This document shows positions 37,077 through 46,102 of a stretch of 64,000 bases of DNA, one piece after another. The translations under genes were made by a program, and so were the position numbers. How positions within the stretch are numbered: position 1 is the stretch's first letter; each line of letters starts with the position of its first letter. Origin of the DNA: an uncultured Methanoregula sp. (GTDB lineage: Archaea > Halobacteriota > Methanomicrobia > Methanomicrobiales > Methanospirillaceae); the NCBI GenBank assembly GCA_964590415.1, contig CAZPVQ010000005.1, positions 26,334 through 90,333 of the forward strand, read 5' to 3'. The notes beneath the pieces were generated by a model that had not been told where the DNA came from, did not search any database, and saw nothing but the letters and a program-made list of their open reading frames with translations.

Positions 37077-38561
37077 ATGAAGTGGGCACTTCTCTCGGTC
37101 TGGGACAAGACAGGTATTATTGAGCTCGCACAGGAACTTCTGAGACATAAATACAACATAATGAGTTCTGGCGGAACCGGAAAGGCACTTGCTGATAAAG
37201 GTGTAAGGTTTACTGAGGTTTCCAGTTATACCGGATTCCCCGAGATGATGGATGGACGCGTGAAGACACTGCACCCAAAAGTCCACGGGGGACTGCTGGG
37301 GAGACAGCAGATTGATGATGCGGTGATGGCAAAGCACGGTATCAACCGGATCGACCTCCTGGTTGTAAACCTGTACCCGTTTGAAAAGATGTCCGGGCAA
37401 CGGTTGAGTCTTGAAGAATTAATCGAATTTATAGATATTGGGGGGCCGGCTATGATCCGGGCCGGGGCTAAAAATTATAAAAATGTCGCAGTTGTTGTTG
37501 ACCCGTCAGATTATCAGGAAGTGGTCAAAGCAGTTCAAAACGGCGGAATTTTCCTGGAACAGCGTCTCACGCTTGCAAAAAAGGCATTTGCCAGAACTGC
37601 AGCTTACGATGCGGCGATCAGCAATTACCTCTACCTGCTCGATGCTCCGTTTCCCTCAACGTTAACATTGCAATTCAATCATGGCAGGGAACTGAGGTAT
37701 GGTGAAAATCCGCACCAGCGGGCTGCAGTCTATGGCAATACGGGTATAGCCGGTGCTCAGCCCACACAGGGAAAGCAGATGTCATATAATAATTATCTTG
37801 ATGTTAACGCTGGTGTGGCTCTTCTTGGCGAATTTGAGGAACCTGCTGCAGTAATCATCAAGCACAATAATCCCTGCGGAGTTGCTATCGGCACTGATTT
37901 GCCTGATGCCTATGTCACAGCCCGAGAAGTTGATCCAGTTTCTGCTTATGGATCTGTTGTCTGCCTTAACCGGGAAGTTGATAAAAAAGTGGCTGAAGAA
38001 ATTTCCGGAACATTTGTTGAAGTTCTTGTCGCTCCATCATTTTCAAAAGAGGCTCTCAGGTTTATGGTAAAAAAAGAGAATATGCGTGTACTTGCAATTC
38101 CTCCGAGATCCGAATCTGATGAGATACGATCAATCGATGGGGGTGTTCTGGTCCAGCGAACTCCACCCTATCAGGAACATTGGGAAGTCATCACCGACCG
38201 TGATCCAACACCGTATGAGATGCGTGCTGTCCAGCTTGCCTGGAAGGTGTGTAAACATACGAAAAGCAATACCATCATATTTGCCGATCAGAAACGCACC
38301 TTGGGAATCGGCGCCGGGCAGATGAGCAGGGTTGATTCAGCAAAGATTGCCATTATGAAAGCCTGTGCCCCACTCAAAGGTTCAGCTGTTGCTTCGGATG
38401 CTTTCCTGCCGTTCCCGGACACGCTTGAAGTTGCCGCTCAGGCAGGGGCGACAGTCCTTGTACAACCGGGAGGATCTATTCGCGATAAAGAGGTGATCGA
38501 TGCCGCAAACCGGTTGCACATGGCTATGGTGTTTACAGGTACTCGATACTTCAGGCACTAA
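37077..38561 (+). CDS. purH: Bifunctional AICAR transformylase/IMP cyclohydrolase
   Basis: ALLSVWDKTG, GRVKTLHPKVHGG, IDIGGPAMIR, LRYGENPHQ, KHNNPCG, SDAFLPF, QPGGSIRD, FTGTRYFRH. Confidence 0.98.
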   Translation: MKWALLSVWDKTGIIELAQELLRHKYNIMSSGGTGKALADKGVRFTEVSSYTGFPEMMDGRVKTLHPKVHGGLLGRQQIDDAVMAKHGINRIDLLVVNLYPFEKMSGQRLSLEELIEFIDIGGPAMIRAGAKNYKNVAVVVDPSDYQEVVKAVQNGGIFLEQRLTLAKKAFARTAAYDAAISNYLYLLDAPFPSTLTLQFNHGRELRYGENPHQRAAVYGNTGIAGAQPTQGKQMSYNNYLDVNAGVALLGEFEEPAAVIIKHNNPCGVAIGTDLPDAYVTAREVDPVSAYGSVVCLNREVDKKVAEEISGTFVEVLVAPSFSKEALRFMVKKENMRVLAIPPRSESDEIRSIDGGVLVQRTPPYQEHWEVITDRDPTPYEMRAVQLAWKVCKHTKSNTIIFADQKRTLGIGAGQMSRVDSAKIAIMKACAPLKGSAVASDAFLPFPDTLEVAAQAGATVLVQPGGSIRDKEVIDAANRLHMAMVFTGTRYFRH

Positions 38562-38698
38562 TCTGTGCTTTTTTTCAATTTTAAGTCAATTTCTGCGATA
38601 AATTTATATTCTGCGAAATAATCATAGATATTTAAATCGTTTGTGGCTGCATGGTCATGGATGATTGGCAGGACTTGCCTTTCAAGAGGTTTACAGAT

Positions 38699-39358
38699 AT
38701 GGATTATGGTAGTATGATTGGTGAATCCTTTGAATATGCAAAGGAGGCTGTAGTTGGTAAGTGGAACAAGTGGCTGATGCTGATCATCGCAACTATCCTT
38801 CTCGCGCTTCCCCTGATGGGATATGCGATGAAGGTTCTGCGGGGTGAAAAACCAGCCCCGGAAGTTGACGATTGGAGCACTCTTTTTATTGATGGAATAA
38901 AATATCTTATCGTTTCCCTGATTTACGCGCTACCAATCATAATTGTCTGGATTCTGGTTCTGGGAGCCTCAGCTGCTGCCATAATGTCCGGCAACTACTC
39001 GGCAATGATGGCAGCATTCGGTGCTATGGCTCTCGGCGTATTGGTCATGTTCGTCCTTGGAGTTATCATTGCTGTCTTTGAGGTAATCGGAATAGTACGC
39101 TTTGCCCGAACCGGAAGCATTGGTGAGGCTTTTAATATTTCTGCTATTCTTGCAACCATCAACAAAATAGGCTGGGTTCCCTACATAATCGCACTGATTG
39201 TTCTGATGATTGTGGGAATCGTTGTTGGAATTATTATTGGTATCCTTACGATAATTCCGTACCTTGGTATCATTATTTATCTTTGCCTCATCGCTCCGGT
39301 AACACTCCTGTTTATGCGGTACATTTGCCTGCTGTATGACAGCGCTGGTGCAGCATAA
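38699..39358 (+). CDS. DUF4013 membrane protein (paralog of 16119-16787)
   Basis: MDYGSMIGESFEYAKE, GYAMKVLRGEKPAPEVDDWSTLFIDG, RFARTGSIGEAFN. Confidence 0.85.
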   Translation: MDYGSMIGESFEYAKEAVVGKWNKWLMLIIATILLALPLMGYAMKVLRGEKPAPEVDDWSTLFIDGIKYLIVSLIYALPIIIVWILVLGASAAAIMSGNYSAMMAAFGAMALGVLVMFVLGVIIAVFEVIGIVRFARTGSIGEAFNISAILATINKIGWVPYIIALIVLMIVGIVVGIIIGILTIIPYLGIIIYLCLIAPVTLLFMRYICLLYDSAGAA

Positions 39359-39549
39359 CCCAACCCTTTTTTTTATACTTTACGTTAGTACTGCCTGCCC
39401 GGTTTGTATTTATCCCGTCAATCGTCAGCATTCTGCAGTTTATACATAACACGAAACTGTCTGATGTATGACTTATTCCGTCTGATCTTGAAAAAACAGG
39501 AACTTCGATGCAACTTTCAGAACGTCAGGAAATATAAGCCCGGGAGTAC

Positions 39550-39745
39550 GCAATACTTGGCAGCTAGTAAAAAAATAGCTCGAGAGAATGCTCATTCACC
39601 AAGTAAAAGCATTCGGGAGGTTTCACATGGACTGACATGGAGCTTTCCCGAACAGGTACTACGATATTACTATTCCCGGCGCAGGGGAGCCGTGGGGAAC
39701 ACGGTCTTCCCCGCCGTTACCTCACCAGGGTTTTGCACACCATAT
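39550..39745 (-). ncRNA. Candidate structured non-coding RNA of unknown class
   Basis: Long GC hairpin GGCGGGGAAGACCGTG-TTCCC-CACGGCTCCCCTGCGCC plus GAATGCT/AGCATTC and AGCTA/TAGCT hairpins; TTTTAAAA box at about 39761-39770 would start transcription near 39740; strand inferred from that box. Confidence 0.3.
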
Positions 39746-39834
39746 CTGATAAAAAAATGAATTTTAAAAAACCCTCTGCTTGTAAAAAGAGTACGAGCGA
39801 GAAATATATTTTTTCTGAGGATAAGGTTCTATAA

Positions 39835-40062
39835 TCACCGAACGGTAACCTTATCGAGCCGTTTTGATCGATACCGGTTTTTGATATTGTCGGTAAAAAA
39901 TGTCCCTGTTGATTGAGCACTTAACAGATTTGCATAGATGTGGGAAGGAACATTTTGATATTGAAAAACCATCCCGGAATGGAATTCAATCTCTAAATTC
40001 TTTAAATGAGTATCGTAACCTACCGTTTTAAGGTTACAGGAATCAACGGGTTGTCTCTCCAC
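39835..40062 (-). CDS. KTSC-domain protein
   Basis: RQPVDSCNLKTVGYD..LEIEFHSG.VFQY.NVP..Y..L..A.S.G.FF..NIK. Confidence 0.9.
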   Translation of the reverse strand: MERQPVDSCNLKTVGYDTHLKNLEIEFHSGMVFQYQNVPSHIYANLLSAQSTGTFFTDNIKNRYRSKRLDKVTVR

Positions 40063-40241
40063 TGAATATCACCATAACTAAGAGGTGCTGTCAACAGATA
40101 ATGCTTGGTAATTTATAAAAATTACAAGGATAACACATTTTCATGATCTCAGCATGGATAGGGTGTATATCATGACTTTCTCACACATCGATTCGTAAAA
40201 TTACAATATCAGGTTGAATAAATTTTTAAATATTTCCAATA

Positions 40242-40256
40242 CTAACATTAAGTAAA
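40242..40256 (+). promoter_or_regulatory. Candidate Phr/HSR1 operator
   Basis: CTAAC-ATTAA-GTAAA (8/10 match to the A. fulgidus HSR1 site CTAAC-N5-GTTAG), between TATA TTTAAATA (40225-40232) and ATG 40258. Confidence 0.5.
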
Positions 40257-40257
40257 G

Positions 40258-40884
40258 ATGTATGATGCTGTTGAGGTTTCCCGCCTGCTCGACATCCTCG
40301 GGAACCGTAATCGCAGACGAATCATTGAACTGTTGCGACAGAAACCCTGTTTTGTCACTGAGATCTCCGAGACGCTGATGCTCTCACCAAAAGCAGTCAT
40401 CGATCATCTTCAGATGATGGAGCGGGAAGCCATTTTATCCTGCCAGATGGATGATCGTCGCAGGAAATATTATTACCTCGAAAATGACATCCTCATCGAC
40501 ATCAATCTTAAACAGGTGCGGGTACTTGCCGATGGAATCGATGACGATAGTCCCCGAAATGATCTTCTTAAAAATTCGGTCACCATGCTGGGGAGAATGA
40601 TTAAAGCTCACGACATGATCCTTTCTAATCTCGAACAGGTAAATCATGATATCGAAACAAAAATGAATGACCTTGCCCGAAACCATAAGGATTTATTCAG
40701 GAGCGAACGAGAGATTACTGTAATCATAGCGCTTTCGCATGACTCTCTTACGTTTCAGGAACTGGAACAGGTCACCGAAATATCACAAAAAGATCTTGGT
40801 GAGATCCTGAAACGGTTCGAACGTAAAGGACTCATCGGGCGGATAAAAGATCGGTATATACTCCGAGGCGTATATGAAGAATAA
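40258..40884 (+). CDS. ArsR-type heat-shock regulator (Phr/HSR1 family)
   Basis: SRLLDILGNRNRRRIIELLRQKPCFVTEIS..SPKAVIDHL..RKYY resembles the P. furiosus Phr N-terminus; overlaps an Hsp20-like gene. Confidence 0.8.
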   Translation: MYDAVEVSRLLDILGNRNRRRIIELLRQKPCFVTEISETLMLSPKAVIDHLQMMEREAILSCQMDDRRRKYYYLENDILIDINLKQVRVLADGIDDDSPRNDLLKNSVTMLGRMIKAHDMILSNLEQVNHDIETKMNDLARNHKDLFRSEREITVIIALSHDSLTFQELEQVTEISQKDLGEILKRFERKGLIGRIKDRYILRGVYEE

Positions 40885-41296
40885 TCCGAACAGTCCTTAC
40901 GACGATGTTTTTAATAACCTTGCAAAGATAGTTGAAGACATTGTAAAAAACATGCCCGATAACCATCACGCACGCATAGTAGGATACACGATAATTACCC
41001 GGCATCCTTCAAACGGAGACCCCGAAGTCTTCCAGGCCGGGGATCCCGGTGATGATGATGATGAAATTCCGTACGAAGTTGTGGAATCTGATGATATGAT
41101 TTATATCACCGCCACGATGCCAGCCAATCCAAAAAACGCTCCCTCTATTGACATCCAGAAAAACAACGTTCATGTCTCTATTGATAACCGGGACATTACT
41201 ATTGTGCTCGATAAACCTATTGACAGAATTCACAGTTACTATCGGATCCACCGTGGTTTGATGGATATCACGCTGAAAAAGATAAACCAATACTGA
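40874..41296 (+). CDS. Small heat-shock protein (Hsp20/CS-domain-like)
   Basis: EVVESDDMIYITATMP..IDIQ..RGLMDITLKK alpha-crystallin-type strands; coupled to the regulator. Confidence 0.7.
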   Translation: MKNNPNSPYDDVFNNLAKIVEDIVKNMPDNHHARIVGYTIITRHPSNGDPEVFQAGDPGDDDDEIPYEVVESDDMIYITATMPANPKNAPSIDIQKNNVHVSIDNRDITIVLDKPIDRIHSYYRIHRGLMDITLKKINQY

Positions 41297-41441
41297 TTAT
41301 CCTTGATTTTTTAAAACAGGTTTTGGACTCTAAAAATGTTCAAAAAACCTGACCACTCTCATAAATTTCACTCCTGCTACACCAGTTCCCTTAAATGATA
41401 AACTCCCGAAGAGTGAAAAAATCGCTGAACACAGGGAGAGT

Positions 41442-41468
41442 ATGGAGGGACTGGTTCTCCCTCTCCAT
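41442..41468. terminator. Hairpin between convergent hsp20 and nrdD
   Basis: ATGGAG (41442-41447) / CTCCAT (41463-41468) inverted repeat. Confidence 0.3.
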
Positions 41469-41545
41469 CAGTGTACCCGTGCTTTGTAAGTTATATAATT
41501 TCAAAAGGAATTCAACAGAGCCAAAATTTAGGTGAGACAGAAAGA

Positions 41546-43729
41546 TTATACTTTTACCGGCAAATCAGATGAGGCCCACGGGGTAATAGATTGCTTTCCC
41601 GTGCGCATCTCGTGGAACTGTCGTAGCGAGACGGTTATGTCCCGGGTGAAGGCAAAATACCCGATCTGAGTATTCCGGCAGAGTTTCATCGCCATATCCA
41701 TGAGTCCACGCGGGTCAGGACGTGCTTCACCCAGCCAGATATGGAAGATGTTTCCACCATCCACAATCGGGAAAAACACATGCTCGATCTCCATCCGTTT
41801 GGTGAGCGGAACATTCGCACCAGGTGCGACATGGGTTCCGTTCGTATAGTAAACAGGAAGATCTCGGCTCTTGCCCAGCATTTCCAGACCTTCTTCAATG
41901 TCACCCTTGATAACTTTTACAGCAGAACTATGATAACGACGATCGAGGAGGTCTGCAACCGCGAACCTTTGCCCTGTCGTTTCTGCCGGGGTACGTGCCA
42001 GCGCTATGGTCATGTTGTTCTTCTTTGAAAGTTCCCGACCATAGAGTTCCATTTCCGTCATCGCACGTATAGCGAGCCTGAACGCCTCTTTTGATTCGTG
42101 GAGCTGTTTACCCGTGTGATGTTGTACCATTTCATTGACGCCAACTACGCCAATCGTGTACACAAGTCCTTCAAGGTCGACAGCAAGCGCACCACGTTCG
42201 CCAGTATTCGGGTCTTTTGGGCGCTGCATCGCAAAAGGCATCCGGCTGTTCGCCCGAATCAGGTCCATCCAGCGACGCTTGATCTTAAAAATTTCCACTG
42301 AGACCTCCATGAGTGCCTTGAGTTCGGCAAAAAGTCGTTTATCATCCCCCTCAGCATTGTAAGCAGCCCGGGGGCAATTCACCGATACAACCTGCCATGA
42401 CCCCATAGAGAAGTGCCTGCCATCCTCAAAGAAAAGTTTCTTTTCAAAATCCGAATCTTTGTCTGCCACTGTAGAAAACTGGTAGGCACAGCACTGGTAA
42501 CAGGAAATTCCTTTACCAGCCCCGCGGTAAGCAGGAAGCTGGTTATCATAATAAGGTGTTCCGAACTTTGAAGCGAGCTCGAAGGTCATCAGGTATAATT
42601 CCTGGAAGGTGGGCAAGTCGGGATTTTTGCAGTTGTAATCTTCGCGTTCATTCATGAAATCGGGCTCAATTGAGATCTCGGGCTTTGGAAAGTTGAAGGG
42701 TTTTCCCCAGTAATCTCCCTCAAGCATTACTTCCATGAGTGCCTTGAAAAGCAGACGCACCTCACGCTCGAATTCCCCGTAGGTCCTGCGGGGTGCAGAT
42801 CTGCCATCCCATATCTTCCCTTTGTATATACAGGGCTTGTCCTGCCAGAGAGTAGGAACGCCAGGTGATAGTTGAATAGATGAAAAAACGAGCTGACCAC
42901 CGCGGGCAACCATCATCTGTGTCATTTCATACACAAACATCTGCATGTTCTGTTTGATCTCGTTATACGCCATTCCTTCCATATAAGGTGCAAGGAATGT
43001 GAGGAAATTGTAATAACCCTGTCCCCCGGCAAAATTTGTTTGTGCGGAACCGAGTGCTTTCACGGCATGGAGGATTGCAACCTCGGCACGTTTGGCAGGG
43101 CCTGCTACAGAAGCTTTCGTACCATTGCCGTCAGGCATAAGTCCATAGTAAAAGAAATAACGCAGATCCCAGTCCTGGCAGAACGGGCGGGTACCAAAAT
43201 ACTCAAGATCGTGGATGTGCATCTCTCCTGACAGGTGATGATCGGCAAGATCGGGAGGGAGCTGAAGCAGGTATTGTTCCTTCGAGATCTTGTCTGCCTT
43301 CTTCTTGTGAGAAGTCTCGGCATTTTCCTGAAGGTTGGCATTATCGTGCGCTTCAAATCCCCTGCCGACATCGATCTGATGTGCATCGAAAACCGGAGTA
43401 CCGACACGGGTGGAAACATTCCGGTACTGTATCATACCTTTTTCAAGGAGGGTGATATTAACGATCTCGCGTATAAGTGGCCCGGAGAGGGACTTTAAGC
43501 CCATATTCTTGATCCGGTTTTCTACATCATGCGCGATTTCCTGTGCGGTCGCTTCGTCGGCACCCTCATAGCCATAGAATGTTTCGACGAGTTTGGTTTC
43601 TTCTACAATCTGTCGGACAATGCGATTACGATCCCATTCGATGATGTGCCCGTCAGATGTTCGGACTGAGGGGAGTACGGGAACAGTGATTCCCTCAAAC
43701 GTAAGCTGCCTGGTCTCCCGGTGTGCCAT
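41546..43729 (-). CDS. nrdD: Class III ribonucleotide reductase NrdD with ATP cone, lacking the C-terminal Zn-ribbon/glycyl-radical domain
   Basis: ATP cone; HIHDLEY..RPFC; AQTNFAGGQG; finger loop ISCYQCCAY; SVNCPRAAY; TPAETTGQRFA; YYTNGTH; GGNIFHIW; ends YFAFTRDITVSLRQF..KV* with no CxxC or RxxGY. Confidence 0.92.
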   Translation of the reverse strand: MAHRETRQLTFEGITVPVLPSVRTSDGHIIEWDRNRIVRQIVEETKLVETFYGYEGADEATAQEIAHDVENRIKNMGLKSLSGPLIREIVNITLLEKGMIQYRNVSTRVGTPVFDAHQIDVGRGFEAHDNANLQENAETSHKKKADKISKEQYLLQLPPDLADHHLSGEMHIHDLEYFGTRPFCQDWDLRYFFYYGLMPDGNGTKASVAGPAKRAEVAILHAVKALGSAQTNFAGGQGYYNFLTFLAPYMEGMAYNEIKQNMQMFVYEMTQMMVARGGQLVFSSIQLSPGVPTLWQDKPCIYKGKIWDGRSAPRRTYGEFEREVRLLFKALMEVMLEGDYWGKPFNFPKPEISIEPDFMNEREDYNCKNPDLPTFQELYLMTFELASKFGTPYYDNQLPAYRGAGKGISCYQCCAYQFSTVADKDSDFEKKLFFEDGRHFSMGSWQVVSVNCPRAAYNAEGDDKRLFAELKALMEVSVEIFKIKRRWMDLIRANSRMPFAMQRPKDPNTGERGALAVDLEGLVYTIGVVGVNEMVQHHTGKQLHESKEAFRLAIRAMTEMELYGRELSKKNNMTIALARTPAETTGQRFAVADLLDRRYHSSAVKVIKGDIEEGLEMLGKSRDLPVYYTNGTHVAPGANVPLTKRMEIEHVFFPIVDGGNIFHIWLGEARPDPRGLMDMAMKLCRNTQIGYFAFTRDITVSLRQFHEMRTGKQSITPWASSDLPVKV

Positions 43730-43998
43730 TATTCACCTGATATCAGCTTTGATAGGTGCTCCCCATCCAGTTTACCCGCAGGAAAAAGATCCGCAGAAGT
43801 GTAGAAATCAGAGTCTTTTTGCAAAACTGGGGCTTCGTGTACAAAAACCCCATTCATACGCAGCTCCGTAAGGGATTCCGCAGTCGAAAGGTCACGCTCG
43901 AAATACGTATAGCCACCCTTCGTCAGAAATCCTTTTAAATTGTCACAATTCGGGCAATATTCAAGCGTATATACGATCAATTGCGATTTTTTCGGCAC
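43729..43998 (-). CDS. nrdH: Glutaredoxin/NrdH-like redoxin
   Basis: YTLEYCPNC, EAPVL; TAATG overlap with nrdD; likely GTG start at 43998 after a GAGGGTG SD (ORF extends to 44013). Confidence 0.85.
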   Translation of the reverse strand: MPKKSQLIVYTLEYCPNCDNLKGFLTKGGYTYFERDLSTAESLTELRMNGVFVHEAPVLQKDSDFYTSADLFPAGKLDGEHLSKLISGE

Positions 43999-44129
43999 AA
44001 AAAACACCCTCACACAGTTACCTATCCAATAGGCTTTCCGGAGATAAAAAAATCATGGTTTGTTCATTTTACCTGATATATCCTCTAAGCGATTAAGATT
44101 AGTAGGGGTATGAAATAATAGTACGGTAA

Positions 44130-44669
44130 ATGGTAAGATCGTTTATAGCACTCGAACTTTCTAAAGAAATCCAGGATCAGCTCGCTTTAGCTCAGGAGAC
44201 TATACGGGGGTGCAAAGCCCGACTTACGTATGTGGATCCAAAAAATATTCACATTACCACAAAATTTCTTGGTGACGTTGATGATGAAACACTCCGGAAA
44301 GTTATGGATGCACTCAGGTCTGTCACCTTTCCTTCATTTCCCGTAACCGTTGGCATCGTCACGGTAAACAATCCAAAACACCCGCACACAGTCTGGTGTA
44401 CAATCGGGGATAGCGGAGAGAGCGGGCGTTTATTCCACCTTATAGAGGATGTACTTGAACCTCTCGGTTTCGAACGTGAGACGCGCCGCTTCACCCCCCA
44501 CGCAACTCTGGCGCGGATTAAATCACCACATCCATCTTTGTTATCTGTGCTGAATACGCTGAATGATCAATCCTATGGCAGTTGCATGATCAGCAGTATA
44601 AAATTAAAAAAAAGTACACTCCTACCTCAGGGTCCGGTCTACGAAGACCTGCTGGAGGTGAAATGGTGA
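44130..44669 (+). CDS. thpR: RNA 2',3'-cyclic phosphodiesterase (2H family)
   Basis: MVRSFIALE, HITTKF and HATLAR (two HxT motifs). Confidence 0.93.
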   Translation: MVRSFIALELSKEIQDQLALAQETIRGCKARLTYVDPKNIHITTKFLGDVDDETLRKVMDALRSVTFPSFPVTVGIVTVNNPKHPHTVWCTIGDSGESGRLFHLIEDVLEPLGFERETRRFTPHATLARIKSPHPSLLSVLNTLNDQSYGSCMISSIKLKKSTLLPQGPVYEDLLEVKW

Positions 44670-46030
44670 AACGGTTGCCGATTGAAGAGCATGTATTGAT
44701 AAATCTCCGTCCAACTGAACAGGAACGCGATCATGTGTGTGGTCTGGCGAAACGCCTGCTCACCGCAATTGAACAAAGCGGGAAAGCCGAGGGAATGGTC
44801 GTAGGCTCGATTGCCCGGCATACATGGGTTCGCGGAGATCGGGATCTCGATATATTCATGCTCTTTGACCCGGGGTTGTCCCGCGAGGAACTTGAAACAG
44901 AAGGACTTGCACTCGCGCGGAGCATTGCATCCGTATTCTCTGACCGTTTCCATGAAAAGTATGCCGAACATCCGTATATCAATGCTTTTATCGATGATGT
45001 GGATGTAGATCTTGTTCCCTGCTATAGGGTGGATAGTGCCGCACGGATCCAGAGTGCCGTTGACCGCACCCCGTTTCACACACGGTACATTACCGACAAG
45101 ATCAATGGGTTAATCGATGATGTGCTCCTGCTCAAACAATTCACCAAAGCTGGCGGTATTTATGGTTCAGACCAGATGACGGAAGGATTTTCAGGGTATC
45201 TCTGCGAGCTCCTTGTGCTCCATTACGGGGGATTTACGCCACTTATCCGGGAAGCAGCATCCTGGCGGCCCGGGATTGTTATCGATATTGAGAACCATGC
45301 TGCAAAAAAATTCGAGGAACCATTGGTCGTCATCGATCCGGTCGATCCGAAACGCAACGTGGCAGCAGCAGTATCCTTGGATCGCATGGCAGGGTTTGTC
45401 GAACTGGCGAGGGGGTATGGTGAAAACCCTGTAACCGAATTTTTTTTGCATCCGATGGAACGCTGTATCCTGAAAAAAGAACTGGCCGCGACAATCGCTC
45501 AACGCAGGACACATGTTTTTGCTGTCATCTTTGCGACACCACAATACATTCCGGAGATTATTGTGCCACAGCTCAAGCGCAGTGTTTCGGCAATCAGAGA
45601 ACTATTGGAGCGGAACGGGTTTGCCGTCCATCACGCTTCGTATGATATGCAGTCAGAGGAATGCATGATCCTTCTTGAGCTCCTTGTGGGGAACCTTCCG
45701 GCAATACGCCGGCATATAGGGCCGCCACTCTGGAACCACGTAAATGCAGATAAATTCCGTGAAAAGCACCTAGCGGAACATCAGTCACGGCCATTCATTG
45801 AAGACGGGCGGTACGTGATTGAGGTGCAGAGGGAATATCAGACTGCAAAAAGCCTGTTGTCTTCGGAAGCTCTCATGAGTGTGAGCCTGGGAAAACATGT
45901 GCGACAGTCGCTGGAACTGGGATGGACCCTTTATGAGGGACCCGAATGCTGGAAGGAGGAGTTTGCACCATTCATCGCGGAATTCTTTGACCAGTGCTCA
46001 CCACTTTCACGGATCCGGCGGGAAAAATAA
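44663..46030 (+). CDS. cca: Archaeal CCA-adding enzyme (class I)
   Basis: VGSIARHTWVRGDRDLDIF, YAEHPY, VDLVPCY, SAVDRTPFH, GFSGYLCELL, DPVDPKRNVA; start MVKRLP overlaps the thpR stop. Confidence 0.96.
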   Translation: MVKRLPIEEHVLINLRPTEQERDHVCGLAKRLLTAIEQSGKAEGMVVGSIARHTWVRGDRDLDIFMLFDPGLSREELETEGLALARSIASVFSDRFHEKYAEHPYINAFIDDVDVDLVPCYRVDSAARIQSAVDRTPFHTRYITDKINGLIDDVLLLKQFTKAGGIYGSDQMTEGFSGYLCELLVLHYGGFTPLIREAASWRPGIVIDIENHAAKKFEEPLVVIDPVDPKRNVAAAVSLDRMAGFVELARGYGENPVTEFFLHPMERCILKKELAATIAQRRTHVFAVIFATPQYIPEIIVPQLKRSVSAIRELLERNGFAVHHASYDMQSEECMILLELLVGNLPAIRRHIGPPLWNHVNADKFREKHLAEHQSRPFIEDGRYVIEVQREYQTAKSLLSSEALMSVSLGKHVRQSLELGWTLYEGPECWKEEFAPFIAEFFDQCSPLSRIRREK

Positions 46031-46102
46031 AACAGATATCCTCCATTTACTCTTTGTAGTAATACCATTCTGCACATGGGCAGGAATGGGGGGATTTGAA
46101 GA

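Noticed and set aside
16119-39358. Two DUF4013 paralogs bracketing the TPR/chaperone block as possible duplication boundaries
   Set aside because: The paralogs are strongly diverged and the enclosed genes are core housekeeping genes; no direct repeats were seen.
39690-39712. GAGCCGTG..CACGGT resembling group II intron domain V
   Set aside because: The upper D5 helix and bulge, domain VI and any RT ORF are missing.
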